From: a virus
Taxonomy: Duplodnaviria > Caudoviricetes
Reading direction: 5' to 3' (one strand)
Virus record (IMG/VR): IMGVR_UViG_2645727545_000002
Location: 1-64,000 of that record
DNA length: 64,000 nucleotides
The translations under genes were made by a program, and so were the position numbers. Below are positions 21,030 to 32,611 of the stretch, piece by piece (the first letter of the stretch is position 1; every line of letters begins with the position of its first letter). The notes under the pieces are model-generated. The model was not told where the DNA came from, searched no databases, and saw nothing but the letters and a program-made list of their open reading frames with translations.

Positions 21030-22529
21030 TTAAAAGTCTACTGGAACATTTGTAATCCCAACTTCTTTAATAATATTTCTTGACATATCATGTTCAATCA
21101 CCACCTGATACCTATTTGCAGAACCTTCACGGTTTTTGATGATAAATAGAATCTGATAATGTTTATCTTTATCTAACTTTACTGGAATTTTCGTCTTTCC
21201 ATTTTTACCCTCTAACTTATATACTTTTAACTCCCTTTTTTCTCCTGTATATTCATCATCGTATAAATCACGAATCATAATACATGTTGAAGCAACATCA
21301 ATAATATTCTTAGACATTCCAATATTATCTTGCGTGTAATATCTTTGTTTTACACTTCCCTTTGCTAACTGAAATGTAATAAGAATATGTAGATTTTTTG
21401 CCTCTGGTTTAATAACGTCATTGATTTTTACCATATTTTGCTGCATTTCAAGCCATGCTTTATCACTTACATTTCCTGCATCTAATTTAAATGTATCCAA
21501 CAAAAAATACTTAACTCCCATACTTGAGTATTTCTTTATGGTTTTTATAGCATTTTCTGTTTTGTATTGCTGAAACGGAAGAATTGTTATGATATGATTG
21601 TCCGTTTGTTCTTTTAGCCAATCTGCTGCTTTATACAAGATTTCCTTTGTTTCCTTCTCAAAATGACCATCTCTTACGACATGCTTTTGTAAATCATCTT
21701 TGATAATATTATTTGCTGCGAATACTAGAAGCTCTCTTTGCCATTTTTCTAAACCATCCTCGTTGACAATGATTACGATTCTTTCTTTCTCTTTTATTGC
21801 AGTTGGAATAACTGCATTTCGAGCAAATGTTGATTTACCAACATTACTCAACCCTCCAACCAAAGTAATACTACCAAGATATTGTCCACCGGTTTCTTTT
21901 GTAATGATCTCCATATTGTTATATGGAAGACCGACTGCATACCCCTCGTCCAATTTCTCAATCAACTCATATATTCCGTCACAAATGTCGTAGCTTTTTA
22001 CATCGTAATCAATATTAGAGAAAATATCGTTGATCTGAGCTTCCCACTCATTGTAAATTTCTTCCGCAGTCATATCGCAGTAATCACTTAATCTGTCGTT
22101 TACCGCACATCGCATTTTTGCTAATTTGATTACACTATTCCATTTACGAAGCTCGTCAATATATCCATAAAGATTTTCTGATTTTACATATCCACCTGCT
22201 GCTTCAATAGTTTCATATCCGCCATACTCATCATATTTTTCTCTTAATTTTGGATGTTTTTCAAGATACAAACCAACCGTAATTTCATCCAACGTTTTCT
22301 TCTTTTCTACCTTTATAATGTCATCAGCAATTGTCCAGTATACTCTCCAAACGTTATTACCAAATTCCTCTAAATGTAAATTTGTTTCATAAATCAAATC
22401 TGAATTCTTATATAAAATCGCAACAATATTTGCCTCATCAGCTTCCTTGTATTGATTCACCTGTTTAATAGTTTCGATTAACTCTTTTTCAAATGGTGTT
22501 AGTTTTTTTACATTTGATTTTGTCCCCAT
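21030..22529 (-). CDS. dnaB: Replicative DnaB-like helicase
   Basis: GLSNVGKS Walker A, FLLD, TFQL, IKNREG. Confidence 0.88.
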   Translation of the reverse strand: MGTKSNVKKLTPFEKELIETIKQVNQYKEADEANIVAILYKNSDLIYETNLHLEEFGNNVWRVYWTIADDIIKVEKKKTLDEITVGLYLEKHPKLREKYDEYGGYETIEAAGGYVKSENLYGYIDELRKWNSVIKLAKMRCAVNDRLSDYCDMTAEEIYNEWEAQINDIFSNIDYDVKSYDICDGIYELIEKLDEGYAVGLPYNNMEIITKETGGQYLGSITLVGGLSNVGKSTFARNAVIPTAIKEKERIVIIVNEDGLEKWQRELLVFAANNIIKDDLQKHVVRDGHFEKETKEILYKAADWLKEQTDNHIITILPFQQYKTENAIKTIKKYSSMGVKYFLLDTFKLDAGNVSDKAWLEMQQNMVKINDVIKPEAKNLHILITFQLAKGSVKQRYYTQDNIGMSKNIIDVASTCIMIRDLYDDEYTGEKRELKVYKLEGKNGKTKIPVKLDKDKHYQILFIIKNREGSANRYQVVIEHDMSRNIIKEVGITNVPVDF

Positions 22530-22544
22530 TAGTTAATATGCTCC

Positions 22545-23018
22545 TCACCATAAGTTTTTTAATTTATCGTTTTTTAATTCCTTAGTTTTTGTTTGGTAAT
22601 GAGCTGCTTTATGTGTCAGAATATTTGTATCCATAGTTTTAACTTTTTCTTCGTTACGTTCTTTTCTCTTAACCATCTCATAAACATCGTTTATGTTATT
22701 TCTTACAATTGCACAAATATAATTAATTTTCTGTGTTTCTGACTCAAATGTTTTTCCAGATAATGCAGCCAATATTTTTGGTCTGCATATCTGGAATGTA
22801 TATAAAATGATTTTGTATGGATACTCAGCCTGACTTTTGATTTTTTTATTTTCGATAAATTTACCGGTTCTAATACCTTTCAGTTTAGTACAAATAAAAC
22901 TGGACAAACTCTGATTGTCGTCATAAAATAGAATTTCTTTTTTTACATATCTGTATAGTTCATCCCATTCTTGCTTTTCAACATCTGTCATCTTCACTGA
23001 TTCAGGCTTTACTCTCAT
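22545..23018 (-). CDS. Conserved replication-region protein (possible helicase-loader partner)
   Basis: 157-aa ORF between the AAA ATPase and the helicase. Confidence 0.6.
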   Translation of the reverse strand: MRVKPESVKMTDVEKQEWDELYRYVKKEILFYDDNQSLSSFICTKLKGIRTGKFIENKKIKSQAEYPYKIILYTFQICRPKILAALSGKTFESETQKINYICAIVRNNINDVYEMVKRKERNEEKVKTMDTNILTHKAAHYQTKTKELKNDKLKNLW

Positions 23019-23033
23019 TACATCACCATCCTA

Positions 23034-24147
23034 TTAAGCAATAATTTTCAATGCCTGTTCCGCAATTGATAAATCGTCAATTAAAGTTGGGTTCGCATAT
23101 CCATTTTCTTTTGAAAATTCAAGCAATGGTTTAATTGCTTCCATATTCCCCTTATTGTCTTTGATAAAATCTTTAATCTGATCAATCACAGACTCAATTT
23201 TTTTCTCTTCTTTCTTTTCTGCCTCTTTTTTAGCCAGTTCTTTTCATTTCTTCTGCCTCCTTTGCAGCCTGTTCTTTTTCAGATTCTTCAAATGATTTAC
23301 CTGATTTAGCTTGTTCTGCTTTGATAGCATCTGTAATTGCCTGGATAAACTGATGTGGATCAAGATCGATTTCGCTTACAATTTCTGGAAATCTGCATTT
23401 ACTATCAAGATTATAATTATCTGATCTGAATGCAATTTTACGTGCCTCTTTTGAAACAACGTTCCTTGTAATTTCTTTTCCTTTAATATCTTTTCTACCA
23501 AGTTTTTCTGTTACAATATCTCTGTCAATATATGCAACACCAAAAATATCTAATTTTGTTTTGATTGCATTAAAATATCTTTGTGGCATATTTGCTGTAA
23601 TAACCTGATATGTTTGTCCTGTAATTGGATCTTCCACGTCTTTTGTTTTTGTATGTACAATTACAATGAATGAAATTCCAACATCTTTTAAAGACCAAAT
23701 TCTGTCTAATACCATTTCAATACAGGCATCAAGACCTTTCCCAAATCCGCCATTTACACTGTTAATTGTTTTGGTTCGTTTGTCCGGATTTGATCGATTC
23801 CACTGTGCAATCGTTTCTTCCTCTCCAATTGTAAATAATTCATCTAATGTATCGAAAACAATCACTTTCAAATCTTTGTAATCTGTTGTTCTATTGTCAA
23901 TAATGTCATCAAGAACTTCATCTAACTTCTCCCAGTCCGCACATTCTTCACTCACAATTCCATCAATACAATCATGTCCACTTTCTTTCCCGATATCCAA
24001 CATTAAATATCCGTCTTCTCCAACAAGTTCCTCACATACATTTTTAATAAGAGTAGTTTTACCGATACCAGATAATCCTGCCAGTCCAATGTTGTAAGCT
24101 AATGGATCAATTTTCACTTCTTTTTTCTTTCCAAATTTTCTTGCCAT
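23034..24147 (-). CDS. AAA ATPase (Sak4/AAA_24-like); 3' frameshift
   Basis: GLSGIGKT, VFDT, H, KCR; shifted frame extends to a stop at 23034. Confidence 0.8.
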
Positions 24148-24193
24148 ATATTCTATCCTCCAAATTATTCAATGTATTTGTGTTTTATTTGCT

Positions 24194-24225
24194 GTCTACG
24201 CAGTCTTGTGCTGCGTAGACTTTTT
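24194..24225. terminator. Perfect 10-bp hairpin; U-tract only on the plus strand
   Basis: GTCTACGCAG-TCTTGTG-CTGCGTAGAC followed by TTTTT. Confidence 0.55.
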
Positions 24226-24232
24226 AATGCTT

Positions 24233-25421
24233 TTATCCAAGTGCATCAAGCCATGACATATCATTTGGATTTTCTGCAACATCCTCAGATTCGTCTTCGA
24301 CGTAAACATCACTATTTTCATCTTCTGATTCTTCTTCATACATAAAATCAAGAATCAAATCATCTTCGTCGTACTTCTGTTCAAACTTCTGGAGGACTGG
24401 AGTTTTTGTCCCATCTTTTCCCTCAACATTTTTAATCTGTGGTCTTCTAATAACCATTCTCCTTTCTCTTCCTGAATTAACAGTACATTTCTGAAGAGCT
24501 TCTTCTAAAGTGAATACACCAATCTCAATAAGAGTTTTGATGTCGTCTGGAATATCATCTTCTGTTGCTGTGACTACTGCTCCGCCTTCAATCAAATCTC
24601 CTTCAAATGTAATTTCTGTAACTCCCTTTTTCACTTTTAAAAAGTTTTTCGATTACTTTCTGTGACATCTCCGGTTTAGTTAAATCGAGTTCATATTCAA
24701 ATGCTTTATCATATGGAATATTGCATCTAACTTCTTTTCCTTTATACTCTTTTACATAATCGAGAATCTTTGCATAGATTGGCAAAATTCCTGTTGATTT
24801 GTCTGGCTTGCCAACACTATCTCTTGTAAGCAACATTGTCTGTGTAAAGTTTGCATGATACTTACTTCTATCATCTACTTTGGAAAGCACAAGACTTGAA
24901 ATTTCTTTTTTTACCTGCACACTGCCTTCGTATGAAGAATATTTAAGCTGTCCTTTTACATTAACAACCATTCCATTCTCAAGATTTTCATTGATATAAG
25001 CGATCATGTCATATGGTGTTAAGAATTTTTTGTAAAACACCTTTTCATTTTTATCCTTTTCAAGACCGACAGTCATAAAGCATAAATCTCCGACAGACTC
25101 CAAGATTTTTTCATCAAACCTGTCATCCCAATCAATAGTAAATCTGTTTTCAAAATCATCCTTGCCATCTGCGTCTTTACCATGTACATAAACAACATTG
25201 TCTCGTTCTGCACCATATCCGCCCATCAATTCGGCATAAACTGTTCCGCATACATCTCCGCAATCAACACCAAGATTTAATGAATTGTAAACCCAATCTG
25301 ATTTCTCAGAATGTTCGTCCAATTTGTATGTATAATCAGCATTAATTTTTGCCTCTCCAACCAGTACAAATGAATTTGACCATCCTTTTTTTTCTAAAAC
25401 TGCTTTTTCTTTTCTTGCCAT
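24233..25421 (-). CDS. Putative single-stranded DNA-binding protein (two track ORFs joined)
   Basis: Start MARKEK after AAGGAG; OB-like segments (VNVKGQL); acidic tail ending DMSWLDALG; precedes the AAA/helicase genes. Confidence 0.6.
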
Positions 25422-25635
25422 ATAATAAAATCTCCTTTTGTATGTATATTTATATATGTGAACGACCGCACTGCAGCCGGAACATAGAGTTACTAATATG
25501 TAAATTTCTATGTAAAACCCAAAAATGGGTGCACTTAAGAAACTGTCGCACTTCCACGACAAATTTTTAAATTATTCAATTCTATAATTTGAATTTATAG
25601 AAACTAATGATTTGCAATTTTATACAAGAACTATC

Positions 25636-25872
25636 TTAATAACTTGATAACTCTCTCAGATCTGAAACTGTTAAATCAGTCACATAGAAGAATTCAGTGT
25701 GTGATCCAAAATCTATTTTTAATTTATTATTCTCTATATATAATCTCTGATAATATGTTTTGAATCCCATATCTTCTAGTACTTTATGTATATCTCTCCA
25801 AAGCTCTAGCTTATTTCTTGGATGAGATATCACTTCTATCTCATTATTCTCCATTTGAAATTCCAGTTTCAT
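25636..25872 (-). CDS. Hypothetical phage protein
   Basis: Likely start MKLEFQ within track ORF 25636-25965. Confidence 0.55.
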   Translation of the reverse strand: MKLEFQMENNEIEVISHPRNKLELWRDIHKVLEDMGFKTYYQRLYIENNKLKIDFGSHTEFFYVTDLTVSDLRELSSY

Positions 25873-25971
25873 TCGATTTTCACCCCCAACAAACGTAGCA
25901 ACCATGCGGGTTCGCGAAAAGCAAATTTTTTGAATTTTCAAATTGTTGCACCTCTTATTCGCCATTTTATT

Positions 25972-26301
25972 CTAATTCACTCCTGTCAATTCTTTGTCCA
26001 CACTTCGGACAAAAATCATAATCATCGTAATCAATCTCGTAATGTTCATTACAGTTTGGACAGATCCAAGTGTCCCATATAAATGTTCCATCTGGAGCAT
26101 ACCCGTCTCCTTCGATATTTGGTTTCTTCGCTGTGTCACGGATTCCAATTCATGTATATGTTCTGTTGTAATCCCAGGCATGACTCTGACAAAACGAATA
26201 ATGTCTAACAATGTCCCATAATTTTTTGGTGCATTGTCGTCATCTTTAAAACTGTACAAAAGATTCAATACATCTTCTTTTTTAATTAACTCATTCACCA
26301 T
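25972..26301 (-). CDS. Hypothetical phage protein, probably Zn-ribbon (frameshifted)
   Basis: Shifted frame contains WICPNC...FCPKCG. Confidence 0.5.
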   Translation of the reverse strand: MVNELIKKEDVLNLLYSFKDDDNAPKNYGTLLDIIRFVRVMPGITTEHIHELESVTQRRNQISKETGMLQMEHLYGTLGSVQTVMNITRLITMIMIFVRSVDKELTGVN

Positions 26302-26355
26302 TTCTTATTCTCCACAATCAGCTTTTCTAATTCTGTTCTATATAATCTATCCATA

Positions 26356-26736
26356 TTACACATTCTCTCTTTCTGGTAGATTTGCAATCTGTCTTGCTAA
26401 TTTTGCCTGTTCTTTCCAGTCTAATTCATCAAAACATAACATGTATAATCCTTTACAATCTTTTTCTTTATATTGATCAAGACACATATAATCTCCAGCC
26501 TCACTCTCCCATTCAATAGGACAAAATTCACAAACGCAGTTTGTGTATTCACAACAAAAACAATTGTTTTCTATGTCGTCAAACCCTTCCCTATCACAAT
26601 ATTCTATTTTTAAATCTTCGATATCTTGATATTCTTTTTCTTCTTCAATTCTATCTGCAATCCAGTTCCACATTTTTCTGTGTTCTGAAATTGCTTCTTC
26701 TCTTGTCAACTCCATATTTTTTATTCTCCATATCAC
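26356..26736 (-). CDS. Cys-rich hypothetical phage protein
   Basis: CFCCEY..C..CP motif. Confidence 0.6.
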   Translation of the reverse strand: MIWRIKNMELTREEAISEHRKMWNWIADRIEEEKEYQDIEDLKIEYCDREGFDDIENNCFCCEYTNCVCEFCPIEWESEAGDYMCLDQYKEKDCKGLYMLCFDELDWKEQAKLARQIANLPERENV

Positions 26737-27638
26737 GACAATTCATCAAGAAATCTTGCAAGTTTATAAACATCAAATTTTGATCCTGCTGCTTTTGGAT
26801 GACCACCGCCTCCATATTTCTTTGCAATCATATCCATGTCAACATCATCTTTGATAGTTCTATAAGAAACTGAACGTGTACTCATATTTACAATTGCAAT
26901 ATAATCAAGCTCTCTATTCAATTTACATAATTCATTACCTAATTCACTGATATATTTATCTGCAAAAACAACACCATACATATATTCTCCATTGCACTTA
27001 ACAATAATTGTCTTATCTTTTTCTTTGATATATTTTTCAATTTCATTCCTATTAAATGACAACATCAAACTTGACTCTTGGTCAAAATGAGGAAATCTGC
27101 CAGATTCAATACATCTAATACACCACGTTTCAAATTTTTCTCTTCCATATAAATACAACAAGTCATTTACATCTTTTGAAACGAGTCCGTCCTTACCAAG
27201 TGTTGACCATCTCCATGTGTCGTAATCTGTTACAATTCTTACAAAATCACTTACATCCACATCTAAATATTTATGGTCAATCAGATATTTACTAAATAAT
27301 TCTGTACCGCTTGTCATAAGACCTGTATCATTATTCTCTGTTTCAACAGTACACCAATCATATTTATTGAGTTCTAATGCTGTTTTGTGATGATCAAATA
27401 ATTTGAAATTATTTTTATATTCTCTATCAATCTCAGAAGCCAAATCATCCTTAATACTGATGTCTGTAATAAAACATGTATCATGTCCTTTGTCTATTTT
27501 AGAAATATATTTTCTTACAAGTACATCTACTTCATCATAATTACAATATGTAATGTCTACATTTTCACCGAATGTCAATCGCGCCAAAATCGCACAACCT
27601 ATTCCATCTAAATCCCGGTGTGTGAATAATTTAATCAA
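26733..27638 (-). CDS. DHH/DHHA1 phosphoesterase
   Basis: HRDLDG, TD, DHH, GGGHPKAAG. Confidence 0.92.
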   Translation of the reverse strand: MIKLFTHRDLDGIGCAILARLTFGENVDITYCNYDEVDVLVRKYISKIDKGHDTCFITDISIKDDLASEIDREYKNNFKLFDHHKTALELNKYDWCTVETENNDTGLMTSGTELFSKYLIDHKYLDVDVSDFVRIVTDYDTWRWSTLGKDGLVSKDVNDLLYLYGREKFETWCIRCIESGRFPHFDQESSLMLSFNRNEIEKYIKEKDKTIIVKCNGEYMYGVVFADKYISELGNELCKLNRELDYIAIVNMSTRSVSYRTIKDDVDMDMIAKKYGGGGHPKAAGSKFDVYKLARFLDELS

Positions 27639-28977
27639 TTACATTCTCCTTTCAATTGCTACTTCTAATAATTTTTCTTTTTTATTAGGACATTCTTCAT
27701 CAATTACTAATCGTAATAATTCATTTAGTGTATTGCCTAATTCTTTGTTTTCTTTATAACCAATACTCATTAAATCGTTGCCATTGACAGCTAAATCTTT
27801 AAGTGTAAAACATGTTTCTTCTCGTAGAACTTCTTCAAGAATTTGTTTAATATTATTAACTTTGTTAATCCTATACTGCTCATAAGATTCTTTCTGCCCT
27901 AAAATATCTGCTTTCCTAACTTCCAATAGTCTTCTAAACTGTTCTACTCCAATCTTATTGATCCATCTTCTCACATATTTTTTACCAACCTCAAAGGTTG
28001 CATCATGGTAATACACCAATTCAACCACATTATTTCTTGTCTCATTGTCAAATTTGAGACGTTTCATAATATTGTCTGTAATGTCTGCACTAACTTTTCC
28101 ATGTCCTTTAAAGTGTCTAATACCGTCTTCGCCATCTTGAAATGAATGAGGTTTTCCAATATCATGAAAGAAAACCGCCAATCTAACAACCAAATTATCG
28201 GATTTACAATGTTCAATTGAATGTACTGTATGACTGTAAACATCATAATCGTGATATGGGTTATTCTGTTGGAATTCAAACATATCTTTTAATTCCGGTA
28301 TAAACAATGCAAACACATCTTTATATAAAACCATTTCTACACAGAAATCTCTTGATGCGGCGATTTTGCAAAACTCACTATTTATTCTCTCAATCGAAAT
28401 ATTCTTCAAATTTTTGTATTGTTTATTGATTTCATAACTTGTTTCCGGGGTCATCACAAATTCAAGTTGAGAAGCAAAACGAATTGCTCTCAAGATCCTT
28501 AAAGCATCTTCTCCGAATCTATCTTTTGCAGAACCTACACATTGAATTTTTTATATTCAATATCTTCTAATCCCCCAAATGGATCAATTAATCCTTCGTC
28601 ATCATTATATGCCATTGCATTGATTGTGAAATCACGTCTCTTTAAATCTTCAATTAAACTACTTGTGAAAATTACTGAATCAGGTCTACGACTATCAGAA
28701 TATTTTCCATCAATACGAAATGTTGTTAATTCATATGATTCTCCTTTTACCACAACAGTTATAGTTCCGTGTTTTTAAGCCAGTTTCAATTACTTTTTTA
28801 TCCTTAAAAAATCTCCAGCATTTCGTCTGGTGTTGCAGATGTACAAATATCCCAATCGTGAATTTGTCTTCCAATGATGCTATCTCTTACACAACCACCT
28901 ACCACATAAGCGGAATTTCCGTGATTTTGAAGTGTATGAATCAACTCATTTGCATCAGACGGAATATTTATTTTCAT
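27639..28977 (-). CDS. cca: CCA-adding/poly(A)-family tRNA nucleotidyltransferase with HD domain (frameshifted pieces joined)
   Basis: [44 protein letters not shown]. Confidence 0.88.
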
Positions 28978-29918
28978 TCAATTTTACCTCCATATTTGGT
29001 ACTTCCATAAACTTTGATAGTAGCCCTTCATGATAAAATACTTTATCGTTTTCAGTGATTTCTTCTCTATTAAACTTTCTCAACACAAATGGCAATGTAT
29101 AATTGTTTAAGCATTTAAATTCATATTCTCTTTCAATAATATTTCTAACTATTTCCTTATAATATCCATCTGTACCAGTAATTTTGTGTAAGTAAAACAA
29201 TTCAATCCTGAATGGAATATTAAAACGTACGTTAACTGCCATTTCTAATATTTTTTGTTTATTTATACAGTCTTTATATTTTTCCATATCAATAACAATT
29301 TCATCATTAGAGAAAAACGCAATATCACTAGCGGAATATCCTAATTCATCAATAAGAACTTCTAGCACAAGATCCATCAAATATTTTTCATAAGTTACTT
29401 GTCTTCTCGGATTACAGTTTCCCAAAATGACCTGTCTAATATATTTGCTGTTTACGATATGTTTATTCTCCGTATATCTTTCAATAAATTCTTCCCATGT
29501 ATCAGCATTGCTAAAAATACTTTTATCATAAAATTTCAATGCTGAAAAATTTGCTTTTCTCATATCAATACTAATAAACAGTTTCCCGACATTTGATGGT
29601 TTATAAATATCTTTGCTTGGAAGATCTTTATATTTTACTGAATATTTTCCCATATCTTCTTCATTAAATCTGTTGTAACCATCTGACAATTTTATATCGT
29701 TTATTGCAGCATCCTTTACTCGATTATATTCTTCAAGATAATCTTGCTCACACTTATATTTCTCTAATTCTCTCACGAAAATGTTCCATTTATCCAATGT
29801 GTTATAATAGCTATCATATAATTGGAGTCTATCTGTAAAATACGGTTCCTTAAATAATCGCAATGGAATATTACAATCTTTACAGAAACGTTCTTTTTAA
29901 TTTTTCAGAAACTTCCAT
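28955..29918 (-). CDS. Conserved hypothetical protein, possible palm-type polymerase fold
   Basis: True start MEVSEK at 29918 (frameshift); motifs SIDMRKANF and SNDEIV. Confidence 0.6.
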
Positions 29919-30965
29919 TAAATATCTCCTTTCACAATTCGTTCATTTATATACATTTTGAACTCTTCAATTCTCTTGTAGTCCGGCACATCTGGCAACG
30001 AAGTATTTTCTTTGGCATAATCAAAACGTTTTTCATACTCATTTAGCAAATCATAAAATTCAGAAGTTGGCTGTCTATTACTATCTAAGTATTCTCCGTT
30101 TCGTATACTCATAAGTAAATTATGTTCTTTATCTCGATAAGTGATAATTTCTTCTTTTTCAAGAATGTCAATACACATCATGTATAATCTGATCAAATGA
30201 GCCATATGCTTTCCAAGTTTGTCCTTGTTCATTGCTTTTTCGTTTTCGCCTACCAATTTTGTTATAACTACTTACAATAGCTTTCATCTCGTTCCACATA
30301 CCAGTCCAATCTCTTAGTGGATAATGCTTTAAATCAAGATCCATAAAAATTTCAGTGTCATAGCCTTCCTGTACTGCTTTATCTGTATAAAGATTGAGTG
30401 ATCCATCATTCATTGGGAAGTAACGGTTTTTAAAGTCATAGCTTGCATTATTGATTGATTTTAAAATGTACTCTTCATTTTGTGCTTGTCCAACTAATCT
30501 AGCAGCTTTGTTTTCCATACGTCGTAATTGGCTTGATGCGTATCCTGCAAAAGAATTAATACAAATCTTGGATAAGAACATTTTTCTATTATTTAATAAT
30601 TCTCTCCCAACATCAGACAAATATAAATAATGCTCAGGTTTGCATCCTAAAATTTCAATAGTGTTAGGATTGTTTGATTTTAGTAATTGTAAAATTTTAT
30701 TGAATGAATAAACTGTCGTATCTGTATCAATCTCTACAACCTGTTCAAAGTCTTTTCCGAGAAGGATTTCTTCTTTGTTGTTTAAAGCAACTCCTCTTAA
30801 ATCAATATCACTAACATATTCTTTTGTATTGACATCCATTCCATATGCGTGACTACCGCCAAGCGTAAGTAAAATAGTATTGCTACCTAAGTGTTTATTC
30901 TCTTTTAAAAAATCATATTCTTTTTGTTTTACTGCTTCTTTAATTTCCCATAGATTCATATTCAA
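29918..30965 (-). CDS. Pol-beta superfamily nucleotidyltransferase (Nuc-transf/RlaP-like; two ORFs joined)
   Basis: GGSHAYG..SDIDLRG, NPNTIE, GYA, KHMAHLIRL, IRNG. Confidence 0.85.
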
Positions 30966-30982
30966 CCTCTTTTATAATGAAA

Positions 30983-31408
30983 CTAAATTTTCAATTTCTT
31001 CACTTCATCTAACGTAATCTCTACCTTATCTCCTGATTGCAAATCAATAATAAAATTACAATATACAGGATCGTCATCTGTAGTATTTTCTCGACTCATG
31101 ACAATAATAACATCTTTATTTTTTGTTCTTTTAACATCATATATTTTTTGTAAAAACGGTACTGAAATTTCATACTCTAAATTATCCAAATAAATGTAAT
31201 ATAACTCATCCAAAGCATAGTCATTGAGACTGACACAAGATCTATTTTTCCTTACGTAATTTACTTTTCCGTCCCTTGCATTTTTCATAATTCTTTCTAT
31301 GCGTTCTATACGATTTAAATAATTATTTTGAGTATCTTGTATTTGTTCTAATCTCTTGTACTTCTCTTCCAACTCTTTAAATCTTTTTCTGCTAATCCAC
31401 ATAATCAA
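30983..31408 (-). CDS. Hypothetical phage protein
   Basis: 141-aa ORF with RBS. Confidence 0.6.
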   Translation of the reverse strand: MIMWISRKRFKELEEKYKRLEQIQDTQNNYLNRIERIERIMKNARDGKVNYVRKNRSCVSLNDYALDELYYIYLDNLEYEISVPFLQKIYDVKRTKNKDVIIVMSRENTTDDDPVYCNFIIDLQSGDKVEITLDEVKKLKI

Positions 31409-31456
31409 TCCTCAACTCCAAAATAATATTTCTTTAAACGTTCTTCTCCAATATGT

Positions 31457-31909
31457 TTAATTTGCTTGTTCCCCTATTTCTTTTGATGTAAAATAAATAT
31501 CATTTCTCTTGTAAGAACCTGCATCTATAAAATATATGTTTCCATAATAATAGGAATAGCACATACACCATTTTTCTTGATCCTTATCTTTCCAATCAAT
31601 TTCATACTCATTATTTTCTTCTGAAAATCGACGCAATTCTGTTTTTACTTTTATTCTTTCTAATTCAAGTTCTGCTTCTTCTTTAGTTTTAAAGCAGTTA
31701 CCAATTTTATAGAATTCACTATCAATTCTATCATCGTACCATTCGCTATTCATAATTCCACCGCAGTCATTTATATAAAAATATTTTCTCCCATAATTCG
31801 GCTTCCAAAGATTTCTTTTAGATCCATTGGATTTCTTTATCAAGTTCATCAATTGTTTTCTTTCTTCCTCTGAAAGATTTTCCATATTTACTGTAATATG
31901 ATTCTCCAT
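31457..31909 (-). CDS. Hypothetical phage protein
   Basis: WKP..YFYI...GNCFKTKEEA motif common in Firmicute phages. Confidence 0.65.
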   Translation of the reverse strand: MENHITVNMENLSEEERKQLMNLIKKSNGSKRNLWKPNYGRKYFYINDCGGIMNSEWYDDRIDSEFYKIGNCFKTKEEAELELERIKVKTELRRFSEENNEYEIDWKDKDQEKWCMCYSYYYGNIYFIDAGSYKRNDIYFTSKEIGEQAN

Positions 31910-31915
31910 AAATAC

Positions 31916-32443
31916 CTACTCCTCTTCGTTTAAATCAATTTTTACATTCTTCCATTTCTTGTAAGCATCCAAATATAATTCATTTTTATCACCATTATAT
32001 GTAAGCTCGTAATACATTCCATCAGAAATATTTGTACTTAATAATGCTTTATGATTCTGTAGCGTTTTGCAATACCACACAAGATAGACATCTTCCTGTG
32101 TAATAAGTACGTTGTCTGTTTTATCAGCATTTTCATTGAAATAATTCACTACGTTTTCTTTGCATAAAGCAATAAATTTTTCACTACTCATAATCTTATT
32201 CTCCTTTTTTCTTTCTAAATTTCTTACAATTTCTCTTGTGTCTTCTAATATCTTCTTTAATTTTAAATAAGATTCATTTGGAGCATATTCTTCAGGATGA
32301 TCTCTTGTAAACGATACACATTTACCATTAGCCTTATCTTCTACAATTAAGAATTCACCTTTATTTTTAATAGCTTCAAACTGTTCATGCCAAACCTTTA
32401 CATGTCTTACATTACTAAAATCTAACCCTGATGGTACTGACAT
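31916..32443 (-). CDS. Hypothetical protein with C-terminal DUF6275-like domain
   Basis: VWYCKTLQNHKALLST..DGMYYELTYNGDKNELYLDAYKK. Confidence 0.65.
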   Translation of the reverse strand: MSVPSGLDFSNVRHVKVWHEQFEAIKNKGEFLIVEDKANGKCVSFTRDHPEEYAPNESYLKLKKILEDTREIVRNLERKKENKIMSSEKFIALCKENVVNYFNENADKTDNVLITQEDVYLVWYCKTLQNHKALLSTNISDGMYYELTYNGDKNELYLDAYKKWKNVKIDLNEEE

Positions 32444-32611
32444 ATTATTTACCTCCTACGAAACGAAAGTTTCATCTTAATATTTTTCTAAATACTGCAT
32501 ATAGCGGTGACACCATATGCAGCTAAATTTATTTACGTTTTCTTCCAAAAAAGAACCCAATGCAAGTTGCCATTACGATACACACAATAAATACCCATAT
32601 ATTTAATACAA

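Noticed and set aside
31916-32443. Novel domain fusion to a DUF6275-like domain
   Set aside because: An internal AAGGAG and ATG near 32190 suggest two genes merged by a lost stop or an indel error.
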